64,000 bases of DNA, from positions 61,265 to 125,264 of the forward strand of contig SVKD01000006.1 of NCBI GenBank assembly GCA_015068645.1, given 5' to 3'. The stretch comes from Oscillospiraceae bacterium (lineage in GTDB: Bacteria; Bacillota; Clostridia; UMGS1840). Every line of letters starts with the position of its first letter. Within the stretch, counting starts at the first letter, position 1. A program made the translations under genes and the position numbers. This document shows positions 1-9,315 of this stretch, one piece after another. The notes beneath the pieces are model-generated. The model was not told the origin of the DNA. It was given only the letters and a program-made list of their open reading frames with translations, and searched no databases.

Positions 1-1
1 C

Positions 2-262
2 GAGGGTGGACTTTCCGGAAATATTTCTTTGTTCAGAAATGTAGGTGCTGAAGAATTCGAACTTACCATTCATTTTCCTGATGGATATATTTATGAGGAG
101 CTTATCCCGGCACATGACAAAATTTTTATCGTAAAAAGTGACGACAGCTTTGAAAATCAGATGACGGTAACTGATGAACAGGGCAATGTTTATGAATGCC
201 AATATGCAGGAACCACTGATGATGAACTGTTTGCAAAATGTGAAGAAATTGTAGCAGATTAA
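2..262 (+). CDS. C-terminal fragment (5-prime end outside the window) of an unknown-function protein paralogous to the next gene
   Basis: The frame is open from the window edge. The last ~65 aa (EEFELTIHFPDG...YECQYAGTTDDELFAKCEEI) align with the C-terminus of the 302..799 product (DEFEIQIHFPEG...YQCEYAGITDVERLEKCTEI). Confidence 0.6.
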   Translation, partial: EGGLSGNISLFRNVGAEEFELTIHFPDGYIYEELIPAHDKIFIVKSDDSFENQMTVTDEQGNVYECQYAGTTDDELFAKCEEIVAD

Positions 263-301
263 AAATGTTTCCAATTACTAAACACAGGAAGGAGAATTTT
301 T

Positions 302-799
302 ATGAAAAAGCTTATCAGTATGTTGCTGGTTTGTTTGATGATTGTATCTTTATGCGCTTGCAATCCTGTGGAACGTTTGATATCTCCGGAGAATTCTGAA
401 GAAAAGGGTGCTTCCAACCTTACCGAAGAAACCCTGATAGATGAACTTCAGGGCTGGTGGGTCGGAGAAATTTCCGATGGCTTAGCTTATTTGATGCATT
501 TTAATGGAGAACGTTTTACGGATGGTCAGTATCCGGGATCTTACAATGTTGCCGGAAGTGTTGTGAAAGTAACTGAGCTCGGTACCGATGAATTTGAAAT
601 TCAGATTCATTTTCCGGAAGGAACGGTTGATGGCGAAACGATTGCAGAGCACGACGAAACAATGATCGTAACAAGTGATGATGGTTTTGAAAAAACTGTG
701 ACAGTTGCCACTTCAGATGGTGAGGCTTATCAATGTGAATATGCCGGAATTACAGATGTTGAACGATTGGAAAAATGTACTGAAATTACCGGTTTTTAA
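302..799 (+). CDS. Putative lipoprotein of unknown function, tandem paralog of the upstream gene
   Basis: GGAGAA RBS upstream. Signal peptide MKKLISMLLVCLMIVSLCAC with a lipobox-like LCAC. C-terminal domain shared with 2..262. Confidence 0.6.
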   Translation: MKKLISMLLVCLMIVSLCACNPVERLISPENSEEKGASNLTEETLIDELQGWWVGEISDGLAYLMHFNGERFTDGQYPGSYNVAGSVVKVTELGTDEFEIQIHFPEGTVDGETIAEHDETMIVTSDDGFEKTVTVATSDGEAYQCEYAGITDVERLEKCTEITGF

Positions 800-815
800 A
801 AGTGGAATATGGCAA

Positions 816-886
816 ATAAGAACCCGACCCGATGACGCAATCGAAGATTGCGGTCGGGTGCCCCGGAACCTTGTTGTATTTACAAT
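816..886 (+). repeat. Conserved 3-prime-UTR element, copy A (nested hairpin ACCCGAC..CGCAATC-GAA-GATTGCG-GTCGGGT followed by GCCCCGGAACCTTGTTGTATT)
   Basis: About 70 nt, identical except for 2 mismatches to the reverse complement of 46652..46723. Both copies lie between a stop codon and an intrinsic terminator. Confidence 0.8.
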
Positions 887-917
887 AAAAAAGTCCGTTT
901 TGATAACGGACTTTTTT
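887..917. terminator. Bidirectional intrinsic terminator between the convergent lipoprotein gene and rlmH
   Basis: Stem GTCCGTT / AACGGAC flanked by an A-run and a T-run. Confidence 0.75.
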
Positions 918-919
918 GT

Positions 920-1396
920 TTACTTATGATAGCTTTCATGGTTTAAAATTTTAAAGCCACGGTAAATTTGCTCTGTTAAAAACAAACGGGCAAGATTATG
1001 AGGGAAGGTCATTTTAGACATAGATATTTTCATTCGGCAGGCGGCGAGCACATCAGGATGCAACCCGTGAGAGCTGCCGATAATAAAGCACATCCCGCCT
1101 TCTGTAGCCTTTTTGTCAATCAGCTCGGCAAATTCTTCGGAGGAATACTGTTTGCCGTTGATTGCCATTGCAACCGGCACCATATTCTTAGGAATATTTT
1201 TTAGAATTTGTATTCCCTCTTTTTTGAGAACCGATTCGATTTCTTTTTCTCCCGGACGGTCGCTTAACGGTAAGTCAGGAACCTCAATATGGGTAAAATC
1301 GGTATATTTTTTCAGTCTCTTTTCATATTCTGAAATCAGATTACGAGTTGCTTCCTCTTTAATTTTTCCAACGGTGATAATGGTGGTTTTTATCAT
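920..1396 (-). CDS. rlmH: 23S rRNA (pseudouridine1915-N3)-methyltransferase RlmH
   Basis: 158 aa. Full-length resemblance to the SPOUT RlmH/YbeA family (IIGSSHGL, FPHNLARLFLTEQIYRGFKI). Start overlaps the stop of the upstream gene. Confidence 0.9.
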   Translation of the reverse strand: MIKTTIITVGKIKEEATRNLISEYEKRLKKYTDFTHIEVPDLPLSDRPGEKEIESVLKKEGIQILKNIPKNMVPVAMAINGKQYSSEEFAELIDKKATEGGMCFIIGSSHGLHPDVLAACRMKISMSKMTFPHNLARLFLTEQIYRGFKILNHESYHK

Positions 1397-2187
1397 AATA
1401 ATACCACCTCACCAAGCATACCGCGGTGTGACACGGAAAGCTCCGCGTCTTGATTCACTTTGATTTTGGATTCTTTTAACACATCTTCTACCGTGTGAAA
1501 TGCAAGTTCGGAAGTGTTTGCTTCACCGCTTAAGTGGCCCAAAATGATTTTTTTCGTACCGCCTTTTATCAGATGTGTGGCAAATTTTCCTGCATTTTCA
1601 TTGGAAAGGTGCCCTTCATTTCCACGGATTCTTTGTTTTAAATGGAAAGGATAGGAGCAATTTTCCAAAGCATTTAAGTCGTGATTGGATTCTAAGAAAA
1701 CCAGTTCTTTTCCTTTTACATCGGTAAATAAATTCTCTGCCAAATGACCAACGTCTGTCAGGATGCTGATGGTTTTTTCGTCGGCAAACAGATTGTATCC
1801 CACAGTGTGACAGGCATCATGTGGAACAGGGAAAGATTCAATCCGTAAATCCAAAACACCCACACTCTGATTACGGTCAATCTGAAAAATGCGTTCAGAA
1901 TAGTCGCAGATTTTGGGATAGAGTTCAATTAATGTGCCTTTGGTGCCACACACCTTCACATTAAGATGCTTCATCATCATGGGAAGGGCTGAGGTGTGGT
2001 CAGTGTGAGCGTGGGTTAAAAAAACGGCATCCAGTTTGCCGATGTCTTCCCCGATGGAATCCAATGACTCACGAATGCGCTTAAAGCTGCACCCGCAGTC
2101 CACCAGGATGCGGGTGCCTTTATAGGATATGAAAATAGAGTTACCGTTACTTCCTGAAAATAACGGACAAAATTTCAATTGATTCAT
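1393..2187 (-). CDS. MBL-fold metallo-hydrolase, YycJ/WalJ-like
   Basis: HAHTDH (HxHxDH) motif and N-terminal FSGSNGNS typical of the YycJ family. Synteny with rlmH as in Bacillus. Confidence 0.8.
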   Translation of the reverse strand: MNQLKFCPLFSGSNGNSIFISYKGTRILVDCGCSFKRIRESLDSIGEDIGKLDAVFLTHAHTDHTSALPMMMKHLNVKVCGTKGTLIELYPKICDYSERIFQIDRNQSVGVLDLRIESFPVPHDACHTVGYNLFADEKTISILTDVGHLAENLFTDVKGKELVFLESNHDLNALENCSYPFHLKQRIRGNEGHLSNENAGKFATHLIKGGTKKIILGHLSGEANTSELAFHTVEDVLKESKIKVNQDAELSVSHRGMLGEVVLL

Positions 2188-2205
2188 ATATTTTGATATA
2201 CGGGC

Positions 2206-3468
2206 TTAGTTTTCTGTTTCGATTTTCTGAATGTCGCCGCCCATTCCTTTGATTTTATCAACAATTTTTTCATAACCGCGTTCAACGTGAAAAATATCAG
2301 AAATTTCAGTTGTTCCGCGAGCCATCAGCCCTGCAATTACCATAGCGGCACCTGCACGAAGGTCGGTTGCTCTCAGGGGAGCGGAGGAAAGCTCGTCCAC
2401 TCCGGTAATCATTGCCATATTACCACTGACTTTAATGTCTGCTCCCATTTTCTTTAATTCTTCGGTATATTTAAAACGGGAATCCCAGATGGTTTCAGTT
2501 ACGGTGCTGGTCCCTTCAGACACGCACAGTAAGGTGGCAATCAGGGGCTGCATATCGGTGGGGAATCCGGGATATGGTAAGGTTTTTACCACAGTCTTCT
2601 TGGGACGTTTTTTGTAGAATACTCTGATAGAGTCGTCTCCTTCTTCCACACCAACACCAATTTCTGTGAGTTTTGCGCTCATACATTCCAAGTGGCGGGG
2701 AATTACATTTTTCACCACAACATCACCTTTAGTAGCTGCTGCCATTACCATATATGTACCTGCTTCGATCTGGTCAGGAATGATGGAATAGCTGGAACCT
2801 TTTAATTCCTTTACGCCCACGATTTTAATGGTGTCGGTACCTGCGCCTTTGATTTTTGCGCCCATGGAGTTTAAAAAGTTTGCCACGTCAACAATGTGCG
2901 GTTCTTTTGCCACATTTTCAATAATGGTGGTGCCCTGCGCTTTGCAGGCACACAGCATAACATTGATGGTTGCGCCAACAGAAACCTGGTCGAAAAATAC
3001 AGGGGCGGCAGTTAAGGCATTGGATTTTGCAACGATGGCACCGGATTTTACTTCGGTTTGCACGCCCAATGCTTCAAATCCTTTTAAATGCTGGTCAATA
3101 GGACGGTTTCCTAAATGGCATCCGCCGGGAAGAGCCACTTCTGCCTGATTGAATTTACCTAAAAGTGCGCCGATAAAGTAATAAGAGGCACGCATTTTGG
3201 TTGCCAGTTCATAAGGAACCTTAGAAGTGTTCATCTTGGTAGAATCAATATAGAGAACGCCGGGCTCTTTATAATAAACCTCTGCGTTCATCTGTTTTAA
3301 AATATTAATCATAATGCGCACGTCAGAAATATCGGGCACATTTTCTAAAACACAAGGAGTATCAGACAGCAAAGCAGCAGGAATCATAGCAACCGCAACG
3401 TTTTTTGCACCGCTGATTACTACTTCTCCGGTTAAAGGCTTTCCGCCGTTAATAACATATTTTTCCAA
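2206..3468 (-). CDS. murA: UDP-N-acetylglucosamine 1-carboxyvinyltransferase (MurA paralog 1)
   Basis: 420 aa. N-terminal INGGKPLTGEV and active-site loop LPGGCHLGNRPID with the catalytic Cys. Confidence 0.95.
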   Translation of the reverse strand: MEKYVINGGKPLTGEVVISGAKNVAVAMIPAALLSDTPCVLENVPDISDVRIMINILKQMNAEVYYKEPGVLYIDSTKMNTSKVPYELATKMRASYYFIGALLGKFNQAEVALPGGCHLGNRPIDQHLKGFEALGVQTEVKSGAIVAKSNALTAAPVFFDQVSVGATINVMLCACKAQGTTIIENVAKEPHIVDVANFLNSMGAKIKGAGTDTIKIVGVKELKGSSYSIIPDQIEAGTYMVMAAATKGDVVVKNVIPRHLECMSAKLTEIGVGVEEGDDSIRVFYKKRPKKTVVKTLPYPGFPTDMQPLIATLLCVSEGTSTVTETIWDSRFKYTEELKKMGADIKVSGNMAMITGVDELSSAPLRATDLRAGAAMVIAGLMARGTTEISDIFHVERGYEKIVDKIKGMGGDIQKIETEN

Positions 3469-3734
3469 GTGGTTATCACACCTTTCGTCTATCTTAACAG
3501 CATGTTACTTTCCAAAAAATAACAGACTATTACATTCTGAAACCATTATAGCATATTGTTTCCAAAAAATAAAGTCTTTTTTTCACATTTTTTTATTTTT
3601 ATCTGCTTTTTCTGAAAAAAAGTGGGTTTTCTCAAAAATCTTATGAAAAAAATGGTTGATTTTGTTGCAAACCGGATTGGATTGTGTTATACTATATAAT
3701 AACCGAATTATAATTTAAAATAAACGGATGGAGA

Positions 3735-4991
3735 ATGATTGTGAAAAAGCTAGTTTGTTTGATTCTTTGCGTTTTGTTACTCCACACGTCCGTGTGGGCA
3801 GCAAACCCCGTCCCGAAATTTGATATCTTGTCTAAAAATGCTGTGGTAATGGAAGCGGAAACAGGGCAGGTGTTGTTTGACCAAGGGATGAATGAGCAGA
3901 AATATCCTGCCAGCATCACCAAGGTGATGACTGCTTTGATTGCTCTGGAGCATTGTGAACTGACAGACGTTATTACGGTCAGTGATTATGCGGTGGAGCA
4001 AACGTTGGGAACCAGCAGTATCGGCCTTGCTGCAGGTGATGTCCTTACCGTGGAAGATGCTTTGCACGGGATGATGTTGGAATCTGCCAACGATTGTGCT
4101 ATTGTTATTGCAGAAGATGTGGCAGGCAGTGAAAAAGACTTTGTAAAGTTGATGAATGAAAAGGCAAAAGAGTTGGGCGCCACCAACACCAACTTCGTCA
4201 ATTCTCACGGTCTTCATGATGAGAAACACTATACCACTGCATATGATATGGCGTTGATTACCAGAGAAGCTATGAAAAATCCTGATTTCGTGAAGATTGC
4301 CGGAGCAAAAACATACACCATGTCCGACAATCCTGACAGGGTTCGTTCCAATAAAAATCTGATGCTGCAGTCCGGTCCGTATTATTATGAATATGCACGG
4401 TTTGGCAAAAATGGGTTTACTACCCCTGCGCAGAACACGATGGTAGTGGAAGCAAAGCGGGGAACCTTGGAGCTGATTTGTGTGGTAATGAACTGTACCG
4501 ACGGTGAGAAGAAATATGAGGATGCGGCTAATCTTTTGGATTTTTGCTATGAAAACTTTTATAAAACCAAGATTGATAATGATTTGATTGATCCTCCTGC
4601 AGGCAAGCTTTGGGGAACCTTTGGGAAAATAGGACGTGTGGATTTTCAGTTGGATGGAGAGGCATTTGTGATGCTTCCCAATGGAGTTGGGGCAGAAGAG
4701 TTAAGTTTTTCTTATGAACTCGCTCCCCGCTATAAAAGAGCAGAAGAATACACTGCCAGTGTAACGGTTTCCTCCGACGGAGCAGAATTGTTTCAGATTC
4801 CTATGACGGGAACTGCTAAAAAGACCATTACGTTTTATAATATTTTAAAAACCATTTTCTGGTTGATTATTGCTGCAATTGTCTTTATTATTGGCGTTGC
4901 GGTGTATTACATCATAGAAGCGGAACGTAAGAAAAAACAGCGCCGCAAGGCGAAATTCCGCAGAACCTTCCGTGTGAAGAAAGATCTTTAA
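3735..4991 (+). CDS. D-alanyl-D-alanine carboxypeptidase (S11 family, low-molecular-weight PBP) with a C-terminal membrane anchor
   Basis: N-terminal signal peptide, SxxK motif (ASITK), SxN (NSHGL), C-terminal TM helix and KKKQRRKAKFRR tail. The start could instead be GTG at 3741. Confidence 0.85.
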   Translation: MIVKKLVCLILCVLLLHTSVWAANPVPKFDILSKNAVVMEAETGQVLFDQGMNEQKYPASITKVMTALIALEHCELTDVITVSDYAVEQTLGTSSIGLAAGDVLTVEDALHGMMLESANDCAIVIAEDVAGSEKDFVKLMNEKAKELGATNTNFVNSHGLHDEKHYTTAYDMALITREAMKNPDFVKIAGAKTYTMSDNPDRVRSNKNLMLQSGPYYYEYARFGKNGFTTPAQNTMVVEAKRGTLELICVVMNCTDGEKKYEDAANLLDFCYENFYKTKIDNDLIDPPAGKLWGTFGKIGRVDFQLDGEAFVMLPNGVGAEELSFSYELAPRYKRAEEYTASVTVSSDGAELFQIPMTGTAKKTITFYNILKTIFWLIIAAIVFIIGVAVYYIIEAERKKKQRRKAKFRRTFRVKKDL

Positions 4992-5068
4992 AATTATTTG
5001 TTCAAAAAAATAAAATAATATACATTGCATCCGCCTACCGCGGAGCAGTAGTGAAAGGAACAAAAGCG

Positions 5069-5839
5069 ATGATTTTAGCGATTGATGTGGGCAACTCCAA
5101 CATTGTGATTGGAGCTATCCATCAAAACGAAGTATGCTTTGTATCCAGGATGGCAACCGAAGGGTGCCGTACCGAGGACCAGTATGCGATTTATTTCCGT
5201 GAAATTTTGCGGCTGTATAATATGGAAGAAACTTCCTTTGAAGGCGGCATTATTTCCAGCGTAGTACCTCCCGTGACCAATGTAATCGCCAAAGCGGTTT
5301 CAAAACTCATCGGGAAAGATCCCTTGATTGTGGGACCCGGTATCAAAACAGGGCTCAATATTTTGATTGATAACCCTTCTCAGCTTGGGTCCGATATTGT
5401 GGTGGATAATGTGGCAGCACGGCATTTATATAAAACTGCCGTGATTGTGATTGATATGGGCACTGCCACCACGATTTCTGTGACGGATGAAAAAGGAAAT
5501 ATCCGTGGCGGTGCTATTGCACCCGGAGTTGGTATTTCCTTAAATGCGTTATCTCAGAATACCGCACAGCTTCAGGGAATCAACCTGGATTCTCCCAAAA
5601 AAGTAATCGGCACCAACACTGTAGATTCTATGAAAGCAGGGATGGTGTTTGGTTGGGCGTCTATGATAGACGGTATGATTGAACGTATTTTAGAAGAACT
5701 GGGTACCCCTGCCACTGTGGTTGCAACAGGTGGACATGCCAAGGCGATTATTCCGTATTGCAGAAAAGAAATTGTATATCGGGAAAACCTGTTGATGACA
5801 GGTTTAAATCTGGTATATCAGATGAATGTGAAAGCATAA
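5069..5839 (+). CDS. coaX: Type III pantothenate kinase
   Basis: MILAIDVGNSN ASKHA phosphate-1 motif and DMGTATT. ATG at 5069 follows a GAAAGGA RBS. The ORF-track start at 5051 is probably an upstream extension. Confidence 0.9.
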   Translation: MILAIDVGNSNIVIGAIHQNEVCFVSRMATEGCRTEDQYAIYFREILRLYNMEETSFEGGIISSVVPPVTNVIAKAVSKLIGKDPLIVGPGIKTGLNILIDNPSQLGSDIVVDNVAARHLYKTAVIVIDMGTATTISVTDEKGNIRGGAIAPGVGISLNALSQNTAQLQGINLDSPKKVIGTNTVDSMKAGMVFGWASMIDGMIERILEELGTPATVVATGGHAKAIIPYCRKEIVYRENLLMTGLNLVYQMNVKA

Positions 5840-5856
5840 TTGAGGGGAGAATTACA

Positions 5857-6459
5857 ATGAAAAGAAAACAATTAAATACACTTGTTGTTTTAACATTATT
5901 TATTGCTATTGAAGCGATTTTTGCATTTACTGCGTTAGGTTCCATTCCCTTGGGACCAGGGATTGTTGCAACTTTGGCACACATTCCGCCTTTGGTAGCT
6001 GCCATGGTTTTGGGCTATCGGGAAGGGGTGATTATGGGAGGTGTCATGGGTGTATTCTCATTGATCGTTTTTTCCACCTCTTTGCTGGGAAGCACATCGG
6101 CTTTTGCATTTACTCCCATTGCTCCCAACGGCAACTTTTGGAGTCTTGTGATTTGTATTGTTCCCAGAATTCTGTTCCCGGTTATCGGTGTGTTCTGCTA
6201 TCGTTTTTGTAAGAAAAAATTCCATTCATCTGTTTCTGCAGGAATTGCAGGAGTTGTGGCAAGCTTGATGCATTCGTTTATGGTACTATCCCTGATTTAT
6301 ATTTGTTTTTATGGACATACTGCAGTTGGAAAAGATTATGTGGCTTTGATGATTGCCTGGGGTGGCATCAATGCAGTGCTCGAAATTGTGGTTGCGGCTG
6401 TTGTATGCGCAGGGATTGTTCCTGCGGTAGAAAAAACTCGCAGAAAAGCAATAAACTAA
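5857..6459 (+). CDS. ECF-transporter S component, probably pantothenate-specific (PanT-like)
   Basis: About 200 aa with 5-6 TM helices and the TLAHIPPLVAAMVLG motif typical of S components. ATG at 5857 follows a GAGGGGA RBS. Lies directly downstream of coaX. Confidence 0.6.
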   Translation: MKRKQLNTLVVLTLFIAIEAIFAFTALGSIPLGPGIVATLAHIPPLVAAMVLGYREGVIMGGVMGVFSLIVFSTSLLGSTSAFAFTPIAPNGNFWSLVICIVPRILFPVIGVFCYRFCKKKFHSSVSAGIAGVVASLMHSFMVLSLIYICFYGHTAVGKDYVALMIAWGGINAVLEIVVAAVVCAGIVPAVEKTRRKAIN

Positions 6460-6478
6460 TTAAGAAAGAGGGCTTCGA

Positions 6479-7144
6479 TTGAATAAGAATAAGAGAAAAC
6501 AATTTCGCTGGATAGCACTTTTAGTGCTTGGCCTTCCAATTGTGATTGTATTGTTTTACTGGTTAACTAAGCTGTTAACCGGGGTAACACCGGATGATAT
6601 TTTTCTGTTTGCAGGGGGAAATGTTGTAATTGAGGTTCTCCTTGTACTGGGAATTTATGCCGTAAAAGCGGTACTGTTTTTTATTCCCGTAGCATTTTTA
6701 TATATTCTGACGGGTAACCTTTTTCCGCCCATTTATAGTATTCTCATTAATATTATCGGCCTTTCTGTTACCATGTCTCTCACATTCTGGCTTGGAAAGA
6801 AGTTGGGAAGAAACCTTGTGAAAAAAATCATCCGTAAGTCTCCCAAGGTGAAGCGTTTTATGGATGACAGTGATAAAAGTCAGGTAACGTTATTTGCCCT
6901 TCGCGCATCTAATGTTTTTCCCGTGGAATTGATTTCCTTGGTCTGCGGAAGTACAGGTTATCGGTTCTGGAGTTTTTTAGGATTGTCGCTGTTGGCAATG
7001 GTTCCCACATTAATTCCCTTTACGTTGATGGGGGATTCTTTGAAAGATCCGTTGTCTCCCGGATTTTTGATTCCTTTTGGAATTGTATTGGCGATGATGG
7101 CAGGTTCTCTGATTGTTTATAAAATCAAGCATAAAGAAGAATAA
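6479..7144 (+). CDS. TVP38/TMEM64 (DedA-superfamily) membrane protein
   Basis: 221 aa, multi-TM, with family-typical FP..L.S...G segments. TTG start. Confidence 0.6.
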   Translation: MNKNKRKQFRWIALLVLGLPIVIVLFYWLTKLLTGVTPDDIFLFAGGNVVIEVLLVLGIYAVKAVLFFIPVAFLYILTGNLFPPIYSILINIIGLSVTMSLTFWLGKKLGRNLVKKIIRKSPKVKRFMDDSDKSQVTLFALRASNVFPVELISLVCGSTGYRFWSFLGLSLLAMVPTLIPFTLMGDSLKDPLSPGFLIPFGIVLAMMAGSLIVYKIKHKEE

Positions 7145-7186
7145 AAAAACTGAATCATTCAAATGTGGAATGATTCAGTTTTTTTT
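7143..7186. terminator. Bidirectional intrinsic terminator
   Basis: 11-bp stem CTGAATCATTC / GAATGATTCAG flanked by an A-run and a T8 run. Confidence 0.85.
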
Positions 7187-7192
7187 AACTTT

Positions 7193-7681
7193 TTAAAATG
7201 GTGAGGGAAGCTGTACATTGCAATAGCTTATCTTTCCGGCTTCAATTTCAATAACACCGTAGGAAGCATTACCTGTTCTTGGACGTGAAATGCTACCCGG
7301 GTTTGCCAAAATTTTCCCTGAAAAATGCTCTACTTCTGCAATATGCGTATGCCCGAACAAAATCACATCAGCTTTCTCGGTGGCAGGAATACTCTTTAAA
7401 GGTGCGGGATCCCAACCCAAAAGATAATAATGCCCATGGGTAATAAATATCTTTTTATCCCCGATTGTCAACATTTTTTCGTTGGGATATGCACCGGAAT
7501 AATCATTATTCCCTTGCACGCCGTAGATGGGAAAATCGAAAAAGTTGTCCTCTAAAAATTGGATATCCCGATTGATGTCCCCTAAATGAATTACGGCAGT
7601 AACACCATACATATTTTCAATAATCTGTTTCATTTTTCTCACATCACCATGAGAATCGGAAAACACTAAAATTCGTTCCAT
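7193..7681 (-). CDS. YfcE/MJ0936-family metallophosphoesterase
   Basis: Calcineurin-like motifs: SDSHGD, GDxxR, GNND, GHTH. Confidence 0.85.
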   Translation of the reverse strand: MERILVFSDSHGDVRKMKQIIENMYGVTAVIHLGDINRDIQFLEDNFFDFPIYGVQGNNDYSGAYPNEKMLTIGDKKIFITHGHYYLLGWDPAPLKSIPATEKADVILFGHTHIAEVEHFSGKILANPGSISRPRTGNASYGVIEIEAGKISYCNVQLPSPF

Positions 7682-7691
7682 AAATTGGTAC

Positions 7692-8444
7692 CTATACGGT
7701 CTTATAAAATCCGTGATGAACTTCTTGAACCGTTACGTCTAAATTTAGTTCCGTGAGCGCAATACGGATTTTTTCCAAAGCGGGATTCTCGGTTTCAAAG
7801 TGGCCTGCCGTAACCATACAAAGACCCAGGCTTTCTGCTAACTGATATTCGTGATATTTGGCTTCGCCTGTGAGATAAACATCGCAGTCTTTCATCGTTT
7901 CCACCATGCTTCCGCCTGCACCTCCAACGACAGCAACGGTTCTCACCTTGCGGTTGGGGTCTCCTGTATAATTCACATATGAAACTTGAAGAGATTCTTT
8001 TACCAGTGTGATAAAATCTTGTAAACAAATGGGCTCTTTTAAGAAACCTTTTCGGTAGATAGTAGGTTGGTCTGTGTGATAATCCATAAGCTCAAGCAGT
8101 TGACATAGCGTATCGTTTACGCCGCCCCAGCAGCTATCGAAGTTTGTATGCATAGAATATACCGCAATGTTGTGGGAAAGCAGCGTAGCAATCTGACGGC
8201 CTTTTTCTTCTTCTAAATTGATTGATTTTATTCCCCCCATAATGAACGGGTGATGGCTGACAATCAGGTTGCATCCGTTTTCGATGGCGCAATCAATTAC
8301 CCGGTCGGTAATATCCAGTGCCACATAGCATTTTTTGATATCCCAATCAGGGTGTCCCAGCATCAGGCCTACGTTGTCCCATTCTTCGGCGAGGCAAAAG
8401 GGCGCGATTGCTTCTAATTTTGCAATAATCGTTCTTAATTTCAT
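7692..8444 (-). CDS. Nif3-like dinuclear metal centre protein (YqfO/GTP cyclohydrolase 1 type 2 homolog)
   Basis: 250 aa with EEWDNVGL, VSHHP and GHFETE motifs. Confidence 0.85.
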   Translation of the reverse strand: MKLRTIIAKLEAIAPFCLAEEWDNVGLMLGHPDWDIKKCYVALDITDRVIDCAIENGCNLIVSHHPFIMGGIKSINLEEEKGRQIATLLSHNIAVYSMHTNFDSCWGGVNDTLCQLLELMDYHTDQPTIYRKGFLKEPICLQDFITLVKESLQVSYVNYTGDPNRKVRTVAVVGGAGGSMVETMKDCDVYLTGEAKYHEYQLAESLGLCMVTAGHFETENPALEKIRIALTELNLDVTVQEVHHGFYKTV

Positions 8445-8512
8445 AAGACCACTTCCTCTTCTTGAAGCTTTTCTTCATTATATCCCAAAAGAAGAGGCTT
8501 GTCAATTCTTTT

Positions 8513-9124
8513 TCAAAAGAATAAATAATTCGATAGAGGAGAGAGTAATGTGAATTTCAAAGAAACACCGATCGCTACCATAAACGATGTGGCTAATGTG
8601 ATTACAGACGTGGTGAGAAGTTCTTGCGGAAGGGAAGTTTTAGAGGAATGATGCTGCAATGCGGAGGCAAGCAGATATTTGTTAACAGAAAGACTTTTTC
8701 TTGCCAGAATCATTAGAGCCGGAAGAAAAAACATAAGATTGGTAATCAGAAACAGTCCGCCAAGAAAAAAGCCCTTCATAGCAAAATATTTGATTAAAAA
8801 TGTGAGAAAAAATCCGGAAGAAAACCCCCACTTGAAAACGAGAAAAATCGTGGGAATAAAGCCGGGTAAAAATAACGAAAACAGAGCAATCAGAAGATAG
8901 GTGGAAAGTTCCTCTGAAAGCATCAGACGAAAACTCAGTTCGTGTTCTTTTGCTTGCTTGATAAATTCTTCTGCTTGTATCCCTGCACTGAAAAAGTCGG
9001 ATTCTGAAAGAAAATTTGTGTAAAAGCATCCGACCAAAAATCCGAGAACAATTAAAATAAGCAGTAAGCTGTATGAAAATTTGTGCTCCTTAAAATGATA
9101 CGCTATTTTTCGAAATTGAAACAA
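8513..9124 (-). CDS. spoIIM: Stage II sporulation protein M-like membrane protein
   Basis: Five-TM topology and central FLVFKWGFSSGFFLTFL...LPALMILA, resembling SpoIIM. TTG at 9124 lies 8 nt after a perfect AAGGAGG. The longer ORF-track start at 9214 runs into the ldh promoter. Confidence 0.55.
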   Translation of the reverse strand: MFQFRKIAYHFKEHKFSYSLLLILIVLGFLVGCFYTNFLSESDFFSAGIQAEEFIKQAKEHELSFRLMLSEELSTYLLIALFSLFLPGFIPTIFLVFKWGFSSGFFLTFLIKYFAMKGFFLGGLFLITNLMFFLPALMILARKSLSVNKYLLASALQHHSSKTSLPQELLTTSVITLATSFMVAIGVSLKFTLLSPLSNYLFF

Positions 9125-9214
9125 GATATTTTCCTCCTTAGAAATTGCTATACCACAGAGTATGAGAACAAGCTGTGAAAAAGAATAAAAATTCTTTAAA
9201 AAGAGAAAAAACAA

Positions 9215-9243
9215 TTGACAAAATCGTTTTCTTTTGATACAAT
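9215..9243 (+). promoter_or_regulatory. Sigma-A-type promoter of ldh
   Basis: TTGACA (9215-9220), 17-nt spacer, TACAAT (9238-9243). Confidence 0.6.
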
Positions 9244-9315
9244 AACAGATACAGAATATAATGGGTTAAAATTTCAATTTGACTATAAAATTATTAGGGA
9301 AAAGAGGTTTATTTT

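Noticed and set aside
5758-5856. N-terminal extensions in the ORF track: 5758 for the S-component, 36378 for the CofE-like gene, 42021 for apgM, 51502 for nifS, 30644 for the PBP, 17147 for the HAD gene, 36438 for lysR, and 9214 for spoIIM.
   Set aside because: In each case an internal start with a strong Shine-Dalgarno sequence matches the family N-terminus. The extension overlaps an upstream gene, promoter or terminator.
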